Made by a program: the position numbers and the translations under genes
NCBI GenBank assembly: GCA_964035575.1
Contig: OZ037843.1
Span: 1,364,001 to 1,428,000, forward strand
Source of the DNA: Rhynchopus sp. YZ270_cl-10
Lineage: Eukaryota
Length of the DNA stretch: 64,000 bases
Direction of reading: 5' to 3'
Part shown: piece by piece, positions 24,349-36,729 of the stretch
Numbering within the stretch: the stretch's first letter is position 1
Layout: each line of letters opens with the position of its first letter
The notes under the pieces: generated by a model
Database searches by the model: none
Told to the model about the DNA's origin: nothing
What the model saw: the letters and a program-made list of their open reading frames with translations, nothing else

Positions 24349-24894
24349 TCTCTGTAATGTTTGTGTCGTGTATTTTTGTAATGCAGATGTCACAGACGTC
24401 GTGCCACACCTTCAGCATGAAGCGGAAGTACACACCCCCGATGCACGATGATCGAATGGTGTTTTGGGTGGTGTTTCTGTTTGCTCATAGTTGGGATGCT
24501 CTGTGAAGAGGGAGGGTTGTTTTCACAAGCTCTGAGTGGCTCTCTATGTTTTGAGGAGTTTGTTGTACTTCATATTTCATGTGGCCGAAACCAGCTATTC
24601 AGCCTCCACTGGCCGTATTCTGAAGTGTTCATTTGTTGGGCGTAACTTCATTTCGAGACGTAGAGCTTTTGCCAATAATATTTCTTCAAAGCGTTCGTGA
24701 GAGCCGTAAAACTGGCAACATGTAATCTGTGGTGGTCAAAAGTACAAAATTCGACAAAGCATTTACTGGGTGTGTGTTATACTGGGACAATGTGGTCTGA
24801 TCACTCTTCAGACCACCTGCACGCCATCTAAAAATTTCCGCCTGCGGAGCAGTTTGTCCGCGAGCGAAGCGAACATGTTTTGTGGGCTCGAGGT

Positions 24895-25182
24895 GTGTGT
24901 ACAGTGTGTACAGTGTGTACAGTGTGTACAGTGTGTACAGTGTGTACAGTGTGTACAGTGTGTACAGTGTGTACAGTGTGTACAGTGTGTACAGTGTGTA
25001 CAGTGTGTACAGTGTGTACAGTGTGTACAGTGTGTACAGTGTGTACAGTGTGTACAGTGTGTACAGTGTGTACAGTGTGTACAGTGTGTACAGTGTGTAC
25101 AGTGTGTACAGTGTGTACAGTGTGTACAGTGTGTACAGTGTGTACAGTGTGTACAGTGTGTACAGTGTGTGCAGTGTGTACA
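24895..25182. repeat. (GTGTGTACA)32 microsatellite
   Basis: 9-bp tandem array with one variant unit near the 3' end. Confidence 0.97.
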
Positions 25183-25979
25183 GCACGAGGTACCACAGCA
25201 GGACCTCACAAGCTCCGTAAGCTCCCTCTCGCAGCCTCTTGTGTCTCACGGAGACTATCATGCATCACCCAACTTTGTTTTTGTAGTTTTAGTTTGCTTT
25301 GAGATGGCGTGGGGGATTCATGCTTACCCCACACAGGTGCTCCTCTGCATCTGACACTCCCTGGGTCGCGTCTTGTTGTATTGTTTTGGGTGGTGTTTCC
25401 GTTTGCTCTTAATTTGTTTTTGTACTTTAATTTGCCTTGAGATGTGGGGATGTACTATTACACCCTCACGGATCAGTGGTCCTCTGCATCTGACACGCCC
25501 TGCAGCGTCGTATGAGTGGCTCCGTGTCACTCCGCAGCACTGCAGTGTCCTGCTCTCAAGAGTTTGTGTTTCGTTTTTTGATATTGGCAACACATGTCTT
25601 CCGACATTTGAATTTCTACACCGTTTTATTATAATACAGCTAAAGTTCAGGGAACTCCAACTTCTGGGCAAACAGTTGTCGGACAGGTGAGTAGCGACAC
25701 CTCCCTTTGCCAGCTATCTGAAGCTGAAGCTGAAGCAAGCCGCGCTATCGGCTCTACGACTGGTTCAGTGTGCAGTATATTTACTTTTCATCGTCCCCCC
25801 TTTTTTATATATATTTACTTTTTACAAAACACATGTGCATTTCTAATGAAGTTTTTAGTAACACGAGTCATTTTTTTCCTCCCGTGCTCTCACACACACA
25901 CATTACATACACAATGTCACATCGGGAAAATTGTCATTTTTTCGCTCTTATCTTATTTTGAGCAGCGTTTCGCGAATTT

Positions 25980-27063
25980 CAAAAAAAAACAAGTAATTGC
26001 TATCGGAAAAAAAAACGGGGTGTGATGTGGAACTCCATCCTGTAGAAATAATCTACAACACGCCCAGCATTCTGCTCTTCTGCAGGTATGCTAACGCTCT
26101 TCGTACGCTGCCAGACCCACTGGGACGCCAGCATCTGAAACGTTCAAGAAGAGGGGGCTGTCCTCTTCGTCCAGCACCATCTGCTCGACAGCGTTGTTGG
26201 ACGTCGGCTCGGCAGGCTCGGCGTGTTCCAGCTCGTTTTTGTCCACAGGCTCCCCACATTGTCGTCGTCGTTGGAGCAGTGCGGAAGGAACACAGAACGC
26301 ACAGACTACAACACATCGATCACACCAGGCGCATCAGCACCTCCAGCAAATCGCCAGGATGCTACGGTGGTTTCGAAAATCGCGCGGAGTTTTCCACAGC
26401 ACACCCGTTTTTCCTTAGCAATTACTTGTCCTTGTTGTTACTGTTGTTTTCAACCACCTTCCTTCAACCCTTGTAGGGATCAGTTGTAATTATTTTCGCG
26501 AAAACATGAAATTATACATTTCAAGAGAACAAATTAAAAAGGGTCCTTATTTGCATTTTTGGGCTCCGCCCGTGCAGTGGTGGGGTCAATCTCGAAAATT
26601 GGACAATTTTTTGACTACTTAAATTTTGAGAAATATGAGCCCGGTTCCTTATACGTGGGGCCCATTTTCAGCTAAAATTTTCCTCAAAATCTGGTTTTGT
26701 AAAATTGACCCTTTCCCCCCCCCACATCGATTTCAATACTATACCTTACTTCACCTACGGTTACCCTTACAGGGGGGTGAAGGAAGGTAAGTTGACAAAT
26801 TAAAAAGGGTCCTTATTTGCATTTTTGGGCTCCGCCCGTGCAGTGGTGGGGTCAATCTCGAAAATTGGACAATTTTTTGACTACTTAAATTTTGAGAAAT
26901 ATGAGCCCGGTTCCTTATACGTGGGGCCCATTTTCAGCTAAAATTTTCCTCAAAATCTGGTTTTGTAAAATTGACCCTTTCCCCCCCCTACATCGATTTC
27001 AATACTATACCTTACTTCACCTACGGTTGCCCTTACAGGGGGGGGTGAAGGAAGGTAAGTTGA
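25980..27063. repeat. Dispersed repeat, with a copy at ~45490-46310 and fragments at 1-120, ~3740-4060, ~56990-57050 and ~63060-64000; includes a local 266-bp tandem duplication (26529-27063)
   Basis: Direct sequence identity; repeated ORF-track peptides; ACAAATTAAAAAGGGTCC at 26529 and 26795. Confidence 0.85.
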
Positions 27064-27338
27064 AAAGTGAAAATATGTGACTGAGTGTGGGTATGCCTTC
27101 ATGAATTAAGCTCTTCCCCCTACGCGCTTTCATCGCTGTTTTTCTATATCACCGCACCCTCCCCATTACATATGCACAGGCTTGGCAATACCTGATAGTA
27201 GGCAGGGGGGCGTAGTTTGTGGCTAAACTTTGTACGTGCGGCCTTGATTTGATTAGCACGAATTACCTTCGGGAAACTGATATCAACCACACCACACATC
27301 CCCAGACACTCACTTCCCTTTCTGTACACCTCAGAACA

Positions 27339-29969
27339 ATGGTGTCATGCGGGATCCAGTCGCTGACAATGCTGCTGTGTGTGGTGCTGATTCTGTCGAC
27401 AGGTGCGATCATCGGTGGCTTCACTCTGTCAACATGGGACGACCTTCTGGAGAAGGCACGTGACACAGGTGACGAGGGCTTTGGGATGTGTCTCGACAGT
27501 GGTACGGCGGACATCGAAACGGTCTCGGCACGCTACCTGCGCTCTGTTCTTGGCAACGTGGACACGGCAGTGAAGGAGTACCTGAAGGTGCCTGAGCAGC
27601 TCGTGGTCTCGCTTGCCAACCTGGCGAGGGCACACCACCCAAACGTCAGCACGAGCCCCACATTTGCGATTAATGTAATGAATCCTGCGATCGCCTCCGC
27701 TTATCAGGCAGGGAAGGACTCTGGGATTCGACAGATCAGTCACGAAACGTACCCGTGGTGTGCGGCACATCCTGTTCCGTGGAAGAGGGGTGACGGGTTT
27801 GCAGGGTGGGGCTCGCGGACCACGTACTTATCAGTCCCTGTTACTGCCGCTGTGCTGCCGACGAACGGGTCGCAGATTCCCGGAAAGTTGGAGATGGTCG
27901 ACCCGGTCACGAAAGAGCAAGGGCTCTCGGACTTTATCGTCTTTGGGGAAACAGATGCCCGCGGGGCCTTTCTGTATCCCACACATCCGTGCAACCCACG
28001 ACCAGTGTACGACAAGGGCGAGGTACGTGGGTGGTGCGTCCATAACTTTCTACGTATCCACCAACCGGGGTCCATCGGCGAAGTCGCCCGTGGCCACCAG
28101 CTCCACTTCCATGGTGCTAACGATCCACCCCTGTACCCTGCAGACACGCTTTTCTACGCTCCCGCTGTTGTAAATTGGGACACCATGAGGTGGGCGGTCA
28201 GTTACACATACACCCACCCAGATATGTACACGATGTACCCCAAGCAGGGCAAGCGTGTGGGTGCTGTCACCGCAGCTGTGACTGCGAAAGGGGTGACCGC
28301 AGTGGTGCGTGCACAGCTGCTCCCAAAGGACACGTCGCTGTACCTGGTGGAGGACAACCGTGTGTCTGGTGCAGTTGGATTACTTGTTGCGTACAACAGA
28401 GGACGGGAGCTCCGCATGGTGTATGAACGGAGTCCCATTGGTATCATGGGATACATGGCATACGGCATGAACATAACGAACCACTCGATGGAAGACGCGA
28501 CGTCGCACATCCCCTCAGTGATTGCAGAGCACGGGCGGTTTGTGTTCACACACCCGCAGAACTACAGAGACCTTGTGGAGAAGACAGAGGACTCCTTCCT
28601 GAAGTGGTCTGACTCGAACGGCACGGAGTTCTGGACAATCACGTCGACAATTGAACACAAAACAATCTTCTGGTATTCAACCCTTCTTGTGCCGAGGACG
28701 TCTGTGATGGATACGATTGATGCGTCGACGAATGCAATCCGTGCGAAGGTGGCATCAGATCTGTCCTCTGCAGACGCACAGAAGGAGGATGCGGTGACTG
28801 TGATGGTGATTGTGACGGCTGTTGCGGTCATCGGACTTCTTGCCATTGCTGTTGTGTTCACACGCTACATCACGTCACCTCTGCTGAAGCTTGGGAGAGA
28901 GATGGCAAGTGTGGCTGTGATGGACCTGGAGGCTGTGGACACGGGCCGTGCAGTGTCGCAGCTGAGTGAAGTGGGGATGATGCAGCGCAGCTTTGTTACC
29001 ATGGTGGCGAACCTGGTGGAGTACCGGAACTACATGCCGCAGAGTGTGCTTGTCAACGAGAGTGAGGAGGAGGAAGAACCCACAGAATCAGCCGAGTCGA
29101 AGTCCAAAACAAAGGGTGGGTCTGGTGACTCATCCCGTTCCCGTGCCACGGCCTCAATGGCACAGAGCTCAGAGGTGGTGCAGAACCAGAAGGCACTGCT
29201 GCGTGTGGAAGGGATGAAGAAGAAGAAGGTGTCTCTGGCACACATGAACGTCGTGTCGTGGCACGCCTTCATCAAGAAGCACAAGGACGCAGAGGTGCTC
29301 TCCGCACACGCAGGTGTGATTGAGAGGATCCTGACAGCAGTGCAGCACAACAAGGGTGTGTGCGACACGTTCTCTGGCGACAAGATGCTTGCCACCTTCA
29401 ACGCCTTTGTTCCGAAGTCGTCGCACAGTGTTTCCTGTGTGAAGGCTGCACACGAAGCAGCAACAGCACTTGGTGATGTGCACAAGATCTCGTATGGGTG
29501 CACGACAGGCGAGGCACGTGTCGGGAACATGGGTTGCAACGGGATGAAGAAGGTGTCGATTCTTTCGCAGTCCATGTCGTGGGTGGTTGTGCTTGAGCGT
29601 TGGAACAAGAAGCACAACCTTCCTGGTGTCATTGACCGCAACGTGTCACGTGAGGCGGAGGGACAGGTGGTGCTCCGTTGTGCAGGTGCTGTGCTGTACG
29701 AGAAGTTCAGTGAGAAGGTGCAGACTGTATTTGCTGTGAAGGGTCTGTGCAGCAGCGAAAACGAGGAGTGGATGTACCAGCTGGAGTCTGCCTCAAACAA
29801 CCCGCATGCACTGTGGAACGAGGTCTTCGAGCACATCATCAAACAGGACTTTGAGAAGGCGTCTTCTCTGCTGGACAGCGTCGCTCAGGACCAACGCACA
29901 CCTTACGAAGAGCTTATGGGCTATGTGGAGGCGAAGGCTTATGCACCGTACGTTGTGGCAATGCACTGA
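27339..29969 (+). CDS. Receptor cyclase-like protein, paralog 6, 876 aa
   Basis: Same architecture; ATG at 27339; acidic linker NESEEEEEPTES shared with paralog 7. Confidence 0.88.
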   Translation: MVSCGIQSLTMLLCVVLILSTGAIIGGFTLSTWDDLLEKARDTGDEGFGMCLDSGTADIETVSARYLRSVLGNVDTAVKEYLKVPEQLVVSLANLARAHHPNVSTSPTFAINVMNPAIASAYQAGKDSGIRQISHETYPWCAAHPVPWKRGDGFAGWGSRTTYLSVPVTAAVLPTNGSQIPGKLEMVDPVTKEQGLSDFIVFGETDARGAFLYPTHPCNPRPVYDKGEVRGWCVHNFLRIHQPGSIGEVARGHQLHFHGANDPPLYPADTLFYAPAVVNWDTMRWAVSYTYTHPDMYTMYPKQGKRVGAVTAAVTAKGVTAVVRAQLLPKDTSLYLVEDNRVSGAVGLLVAYNRGRELRMVYERSPIGIMGYMAYGMNITNHSMEDATSHIPSVIAEHGRFVFTHPQNYRDLVEKTEDSFLKWSDSNGTEFWTITSTIEHKTIFWYSTLLVPRTSVMDTIDASTNAIRAKVASDLSSADAQKEDAVTVMVIVTAVAVIGLLAIAVVFTRYITSPLLKLGREMASVAVMDLEAVDTGRAVSQLSEVGMMQRSFVTMVANLVEYRNYMPQSVLVNESEEEEEPTESAESKSKTKGGSGDSSRSRATASMAQSSEVVQNQKALLRVEGMKKKKVSLAHMNVVSWHAFIKKHKDAEVLSAHAGVIERILTAVQHNKGVCDTFSGDKMLATFNAFVPKSSHSVSCVKAAHEAATALGDVHKISYGCTTGEARVGNMGCNGMKKVSILSQSMSWVVVLERWNKKHNLPGVIDRNVSREAEGQVVLRCAGAVLYEKFSEKVQTVFAVKGLCSSENEEWMYQLESASNNPHALWNEVFEHIIKQDFEKASSLLDSVAQDQRTPYEELMGYVEAKAYAPYVVAMH

Positions 29970-30429
29970 GGTTGCGTTTTACAGTTTTCGTCTTGGCGCT
30001 CCTAATGCAATTATTTTTGAACAACTTTTTGTCTCTGACTTACAGCGATGGCAGTGCAGGATGCGTACGCGTTTGAGAACTGAACTATGATTGCTTGGGG
30101 GTCCCCGATATGATCCGACGGAACACGTGTAAAATAATTTTTATAAGACATGTGTGCATTTCTAGTGAAATTTTTCAGTATCCACGAGTCGTTTTTTCCC
30201 TCCCGTGCTCCCCATCTCTCGCACATACATTACATCTTCATCAGGAAAATTGTCAATTTTTCGTTCATTATTGTGAACAGCGTTTGGTGTTTTTCAAAAA
30301 AAAAAGTGTGTGACTGAGTGTGGGGATGCGTTCAAGAATTAAACTCTTCCCCCCAAACCCCCTTTCATCTCTAGTTTTCTTTATCCAAACGTCGAGTGGA
30401 CGCGTAATAATTTTCGTTTTTAGCGGTTC

Positions 30430-31517
30430 AAAAGGGGTTGGGAGGAATCGTGATTCGCAGAGCGGTTGTGAACCGTTCTCTTACGGTGCGGATATCTGGC
30501 GTCCCACCCTTTGCATGAGTTCGGCTGAGCTGCGTTTTAACCCGTTTCTAACTACTCTTTTCCCCACTTGTGTAAATGCACTGAGGAACCCCAGAGGGAG
30601 CGTTCTGAGAGTAGTATTTTTGTAAAACCATGTTTGTGGTGTGTGTTCCTTTTCCCCTCTCTGTGTTCACTTTGCCCCTTTTACCTTACACTCATTTTTA
30701 CCAAAACCAAGAAAGGAAGTTGGCCTCACCACAGATTTCAGGAATACAAATGCAGGTGTTTTCGGATGGGTATTAGTGAGCGAAGCGAGCGGATTTTTTT
30801 TTGTGGGCTCATGAGGTGTGTGTACAGTGGTCCTCTGTATCTGACACGCCCTGCAGCGTCGTATGAGTGGCTCCGTGCCACTCCGCAGCACTGCAGTGTC
30901 CTGCTCTCAAGAGTTTGTAGTTCTTCTTGTTGATAGGCAAAGATGTGTGCACGAGAGCATTCATGTTGCGACCTTCGTGTATTGGTTGTGATATGGTTTG
31001 TGAAGTGGCTTTACAGCCACCACTCTGGAGTAAGAGCCACTAGGCATGATGGTAACCTTCTCGAAGGACGCTTTTAAGTGCCTGAGGTCGAGGCTGCTGC
31101 TCTCCTTCTTAAACACAACCAGGGACACAAAGTGCCGCACCGCAACCACGAGCTGGGTATCCTCCTTGTCTTTCATCCCTTGCTGCAATTCTTCGCTACA
31201 CGTTGTTTGTGGAAACGCTTGTGCAGTGTTGCACGATCTGAACCCACCCTATTCAAAAACCCAAACCTTTGTATTTCAGTGTGATCTGGGGTTGAGGAAG
31301 CGTTCCAACTTTTCAACCTCATCCCGAATTTACCATTCGCGATTATTTACCCCCGTTTGTAGAATCAACAGAGAGTGCACGTTAAGATTTTCGATTTCAA
31401 TCACTTGGGGCATTCTACCCCCTTTCGTATTTTTGCCCCATTTTACCCTTATTTTCCCAGGGGAAAAAACACCCCATATTTACTTGTTTTTAATGATTTT
31501 TACACAAAAGTGCGATG
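30430..31517. repeat. Downstream block co-duplicated with paralogs 6 and 7 (copy at ~35215-37457, interrupted by the MULE-like insertion)
   Basis: Near-identical sequence; shared ORF-track peptides at 30961-31188 and 36900-37127. Confidence 0.9.
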
Positions 31518-32517
31518 CAAATGATTAGGTGGATGCTCGGGTGTCTACACGTTTTTCCTGTTTTGGAGAAGCTTTCACCAAGGGGGTTTATTCCGTCAGG
31601 CAGGTGCACTCATGTTTCTCCCTCCCCATCCCCAGCATCGCAAAGAAACCAATGACTACACAATGTCACATGTCTTCCGACATTTGAATTTCTACACCGT
31701 TTTATTGTAATACAGCTAAAGTTCAGGGAACTCCAACTTCTGGGCAAACTTGTTGTCGGACAGGTGAGTAGCGACACCTCCCTTTGCCAGCTATCGTGAC
31801 GACACTTCCCTGTGTGCAGTATATTTACTTTTCATATTTTCCCTCTTTTTTCCTCTGCAAAAGCCTCTAGGTGACCAAGCGCAAGAGGCTTAGGTTCATC
31901 TTATAAAGGTTTTATTCCTCTCACTCGCTCTCTTCACTTTCAGGGAATAAATATTCATTTCTATGATTACAGGCAATGCTAAAAAGAAATTTACCACCGT
32001 ACCCTCTCCCATCCTTTTTCCATTTTTCTAATCCGGGGCGGGTTGAGACACACATCAGATTTTCCTAGATCTCCGCGGTGACGATCGTCTGCTTGTTTCC
32101 TCTCTCTCTCTTTTTGTGTTCCACCACCCTTTCTGTACTTCAGGGAAAGCTCACACCGTACTTTTGCGCTCACCGTGGATGCAACCGTTTCCGGTACCTG
32201 GTATTACGAATGGCAAATCCTGGATCCATTACCTGGTTTGGGTACCCACTACCGCGTACTACAGCCATTACGGGGTAATTTTTATCGCATTGCCGGGTTT
32301 ATAAACCCCGCAAACTCGCTACAAATACAATTGTGTAACGGAATAACAAAGCAACCTCTATTTTGTCCTATGCCGTTCATAGTCCTTTGACCAACAAGCA
32401 AAGAGAAAGAGTGTCTCGAGCATCTTTGCGATATTTGAGCAAGGATTACCCTCACTAGGCATCAACCACACCACACATCCTCAGACACTCTCTTCCCTTT
32501 CTGTACACCTCAGAACA

Positions 32518-35148
32518 ATGGTGTCATGCGGGATCCAGTCGCTGACAATACTGCTGTGTGTGGTGCTGATTCTGTCGACAGGTGCGATCATCGGTGGCTT
32601 CACTCTGTCAACATGGGACGACCTTCTGGAGAAGGCACGTGACACAGGTGACGAGGGCTTCGGGATGTGTCTCGACAGTGGTACGGCGGACATCGAAACG
32701 GTCTCGGCACGCTACCTGCGCTCCGTTCTTGGCAACGTGGACACAGCAGTGAAGGAGTACCTGCAGGTGCCTGAGCAGCTCGTGATCTCGATTGCCAACC
32801 TGGCGAGGGCACACCACCCAAACGTCACCACGAGCCCTGCATTTGCGGCTAACGTAATGAATCCTGCTGTCGCATCCGCATTTCAAGCAGGGAAGGACTC
32901 TGGGATTATCAGACTCACATACGAAACGTACCCGTGGTGTGCGGCACATCCTGTTCCGTGGAAGAAGGGTGACGGGTTTGCAGGGTGGGGCTCACTGAAC
33001 GCATTCATGGTTTCTACTACGGCCGCTGTGCTTCCGAAACAGATTCTCGAAAAGTCTGAGATGGTCAACCCGGTCACGAAGGAGCCAGGGATCTCTGACT
33101 ACTACGTGTTTGGCGAATGCGATGCTAGGGGGGCCTTCTTGTATCCCACACATCCGTGCAACCCACGACCAATGTACCACAAGGGCGAGGTACGTGGGAT
33201 GTGCGTCAACAACTATCTTCGTCGCAACCCACCGGGATCCCCAGGCGATGTCGCCCGTGGCCGGCAACTCCACTTCCTTGGTGCCGATGAGCCACCTCTG
33301 CATCCTGTGGACACGCTTGTCTATGCTCCCGCTCTTGTTAGTTGGGACAGCATGATGTGGGAGCTGAGTTACACCTACACGCACCCAGGTATGTACACGA
33401 TGTACCCCAAGCAGGGCAAGCGTGTGGGTTCAGTAGTTGCATCTGTGTCTGCGAAAGGAGTGACCGACGTGGTGCATGCACAGCTGCTCCCGAAGGATAC
33501 GTCGCTGTACGTGGTGGATGACGACCGTGCATCTGCATCGGGTGCAGTTGGATTACTTGTTGCGTACAACAGAGGACGGCAGCTGCAGATGGTGTATGCA
33601 CGGAACCCCGTTGGCAACATGGGATACATAGCATACAGCTTCAACATAACGAACCACTCGATGGAAGACGCAACGTCGCACATCCCCTCAGTGATTGCAG
33701 AGCACGGGCGGTTTGTGTTCACACACCCGCAGAACTACAGAGACCTTGTGGAGAAGACAGAGGACTCCTTCCTGAAGTGGTCTGACTCGAACGGCACGGA
33801 GTTCTGGACAATCACGTCGACAATTGAACACAAAACGATCCTGTGGTATGCGAACCTTCTTGTGCCGAGGACGTCTGTGATGGATACGATTGATGCGTCG
33901 ACGAATGCAATCCGTGCGAAGGTGGCATCAGATCTGTCCTCTGCAGACGCACAGAAGGAGGATGCGGTGACTGTGATGGTGATTGTGACGGCTGTTGCGG
34001 TGATCGGACTTCTTGCCATTGCTGTTGTGTTCACACGCTACATCACGTCACCTCTGCTGAAGCTTGGGAGTGAGATGGCAAGTGTGGCTGTGATGGACTT
34101 GGAGGCTGTGGACACGGGCCGTGCAGTGTCGCAGCTGAGTGAAGTGGGGATGATGCAGCGCAGCTTTGTTACCATGGTGGCGAACCTGGTGGAGTACCGG
34201 AACTACATGCCGCAGAGTGTGCTTGTCAACGAGAGTGAGGAGGAGGAAGAACCCACAGAATCCGAGTCCACACGGAAGTCCAAAACAAAGACGGGGTCTG
34301 GTGCCTCATCCCGTTCCCGTGCCACGGGCTCGAAGGCGCACAGCTCAGTTGTTACGATGCAGAACCAGAAGGCACTGCTGCGTGTGGAAGGGATGAAGAA
34401 GAAGAAGGTGTCGCTGGCACACATGAACGTCGTGTCGTGGCACGCCTTCTGCAAGAAGCACAAGGATGCAGAGGTGCTCTCCGCACACGCAGGTGTGATT
34501 GAGAGGATCCTGACAGCAGTGCAGCACAACAAGGGTGTGTGCGACACGTTCTCTGGCGACAAGATGCTTGCCACCTTCAACGCCTTTGTTCCGAAGCCGT
34601 CACACAGTGTTTCCTGTGTGAAGGCTGCACACGAAGCAGCAACAGCACTTGGTGATGTGCACACGATCTCGTATGGGTGCACGACAGGCGAGGCACGTGT
34701 CGGGAACATGGGTTGCAACGGGATGAAGAAGGTGTCGATTCTTTCGCAGTCCATGTCGTGGGTGGTTGTGCTTGAGCGTTGGAACAAGAAGGAGAACCTG
34801 CCTGGTGTCGTTGACCGCAACGTGTCACGTGAGGCGGAGGGACAGGTGGTGCTCCGTTGTGCAGGTGCTGTGCTATACAAGAAGTTCAGTGAGAAGTTGC
34901 AGACTGTGTTTGCTGTGAAGGGTCTGTGCAGCAGCGAAAACGAGGAGTGGATGTACCAGCTGGAGTCTGCCTCAAACAACCCGCACGCACTGTGGAACGA
35001 GGTCTTCGAGCACATCATCAAACAGGACTTTGAGAAGGCGTCTTCTCTGCTGGACAGCGTCGCTCAGGACCAACGCACACCGTACGAAGAGCTTGTGGGC
35101 TATGTGCGGGCGAAGGCTTATTCACCGTTCGTTGTGGCAATGCACTGA
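32518..35148 (+). CDS. Receptor cyclase-like protein, paralog 7, 876 aa
   Basis: The ORF begins at MVSCGIQ; same architecture. Confidence 0.9.
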   Translation: MVSCGIQSLTILLCVVLILSTGAIIGGFTLSTWDDLLEKARDTGDEGFGMCLDSGTADIETVSARYLRSVLGNVDTAVKEYLQVPEQLVISIANLARAHHPNVTTSPAFAANVMNPAVASAFQAGKDSGIIRLTYETYPWCAAHPVPWKKGDGFAGWGSLNAFMVSTTAAVLPKQILEKSEMVNPVTKEPGISDYYVFGECDARGAFLYPTHPCNPRPMYHKGEVRGMCVNNYLRRNPPGSPGDVARGRQLHFLGADEPPLHPVDTLVYAPALVSWDSMMWELSYTYTHPGMYTMYPKQGKRVGSVVASVSAKGVTDVVHAQLLPKDTSLYVVDDDRASASGAVGLLVAYNRGRQLQMVYARNPVGNMGYIAYSFNITNHSMEDATSHIPSVIAEHGRFVFTHPQNYRDLVEKTEDSFLKWSDSNGTEFWTITSTIEHKTILWYANLLVPRTSVMDTIDASTNAIRAKVASDLSSADAQKEDAVTVMVIVTAVAVIGLLAIAVVFTRYITSPLLKLGSEMASVAVMDLEAVDTGRAVSQLSEVGMMQRSFVTMVANLVEYRNYMPQSVLVNESEEEEEPTESESTRKSKTKTGSGASSRSRATGSKAHSSVVTMQNQKALLRVEGMKKKKVSLAHMNVVSWHAFCKKHKDAEVLSAHAGVIERILTAVQHNKGVCDTFSGDKMLATFNAFVPKPSHSVSCVKAAHEAATALGDVHTISYGCTTGEARVGNMGCNGMKKVSILSQSMSWVVVLERWNKKENLPGVVDRNVSREAEGQVVLRCAGAVLYKKFSEKLQTVFAVKGLCSSENEEWMYQLESASNNPHALWNEVFEHIIKQDFEKASSLLDSVAQDQRTPYEELVGYVRAKAYSPFVVAMH

Positions 35149-35632
35149 GTTGCGTTGCTTGAGGGTCCCCGATATGCTCAGACGGCAACACGTGTTCAAT
35201 AATTTTCATTTTTGTAGGTTAAAATGGGGTTGGGAGGAATCGTGATTCGCCGAGCGTGTGAACCGTTCTCTGACGGTGCGGATATCTGGCGCCGCACCCT
35301 TTGCATGAGTTCGGCTGAGATGCGTTTTAACGCGTTTCAAACTGCTCTTTTCCCCACTTGTGTAAATGCACTGAGGAACGTGATTGTTGTGAATAGTGTT
35401 GTTGGGGGCACCAGGATCTCCCCAGAGGTAGCGTTCTGAGAGTACTATTTTTGTAAAACCATGTTTGTGGTGTGTGTTCCTTATCCCCTGTATGTGTTCA
35501 CTTTGCCCCCTTTACCTTACACTCATTTTTACCAAACCCAAGAAAGGAAGTTGGCCTCACCACAGATTTCAGGAATACAAATGCAGGTGTTTTAGGGTGG
35601 GTATGAGTGAGCGAAGCGAGCGAATTTTTTTT

Positions 35633-36729
35633 GGGTTAAATCCGGTGGTACCCATTTTCCTAGTACCCATTTTCGTTAATACCCATTTTTCAAAAGTGGG
35701 TACTAACGAAAATGAAATACCCCCCCTTCTTTATTTATTCGTTGTTTGTTGTTTGTTGATCGCATCCATCCTCGTCCGTACTTCAGGAAAAGCACACAGC
35801 ACTTTTGGTGGTATTGAAATGCCCTGTGAAACCGTCCGCACTTTTTTTTTTTTTTTTTTTTTTTCAAAAAAAAAAGAAAGGGTGCATGTGTTGACCCTCT
35901 CACATACTTTCAATTCTGTGAATTGAAAGTATATGAAACTAATTTTTCAAACCCCAAAAGTCCCGAAAACCCCGAAAAACCCGCGTCCTGAAGTACGGTC
36001 GAGAGGTGGAGCACAAGGGGGGAACGGGAAAACGGTAAAACTCATGACAATCGACGAGCGCGTCTTTCATTTCCAGATGTATTGCATACTCGTACAAAAT
36101 AAAAATAGGTATTATCAAAAATATTTTGGGTACTGGGTACTGGGTGCCCAGGTACCCAGATACCCAGATACCCAGATACCCAGATACCCAGATACCCAGA
36201 TACCCAGATACCCAGATACCCAGATACCCAGATACCCAGATACCCAGATACCCAGATACCCAGATACCCAGATACCCAGATACCCAGATACCCAGATACC
36301 CAGATACCCAGATACCCAGATACCCAGATACCCAGATACCCAGGTCCAGGTCCAGGTGCCCAGATACCCAGGAACACAAGGAAAAAAGTCGTGAAAGAGC
36401 AACCACAGCTCCACATGACAAACACAAAAATGTCCAGTCACGTGGGGCATTCATGCACTGAGGAGATAATGATCCAACAATTTACAAGAAAGCATTACTT
36501 AACCTACTGCTGGAAGTTGCCAGGTCGTAGTAGTAGTCCACAAAAATCCGGTGCGATCAACGAAAAATTCTTTTTCTGCTTTCGTTTCTTTCTTTATCAG
36601 ACTAGCTTAAACTCAGATAACAGTTTTTATTTTTCTTTACCCACTTTTTATTTTCGTTAGTACCCACTTTTGAAAATGGGTATTAACGAGAATGGGTACT
36701 GGGAAAATGGGTATTAAAGAGAAAAACCC
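35633..36729. mobile_element. Mutator-like (MULE) non-autonomous insertion, ~1.1 kb
   Basis: GGGTT...AACCC termini, ~80-bp imperfect TIRs built from TACCCATT motifs, ~9-bp imperfect TSD (ATTTTTTTT / ATTTGTTTT). The empty site is visible in the paralogous block at ~30780-30810. Confidence 0.75.
36159..36342. repeat. (GATACCCA)23 microsatellite
   Basis: Perfect 8-bp tandem array with degenerate units on both sides. Confidence 0.97.

Noticed and set aside
24686..25354. ORFs with VQC/TLY/CTH repeats; likewise YPDTQIPR ORFs at 35933-36461 and the 46-aa repeat ORF at 51910
   Set aside because: Translations of stop-free tandem repeats, open in many frames.
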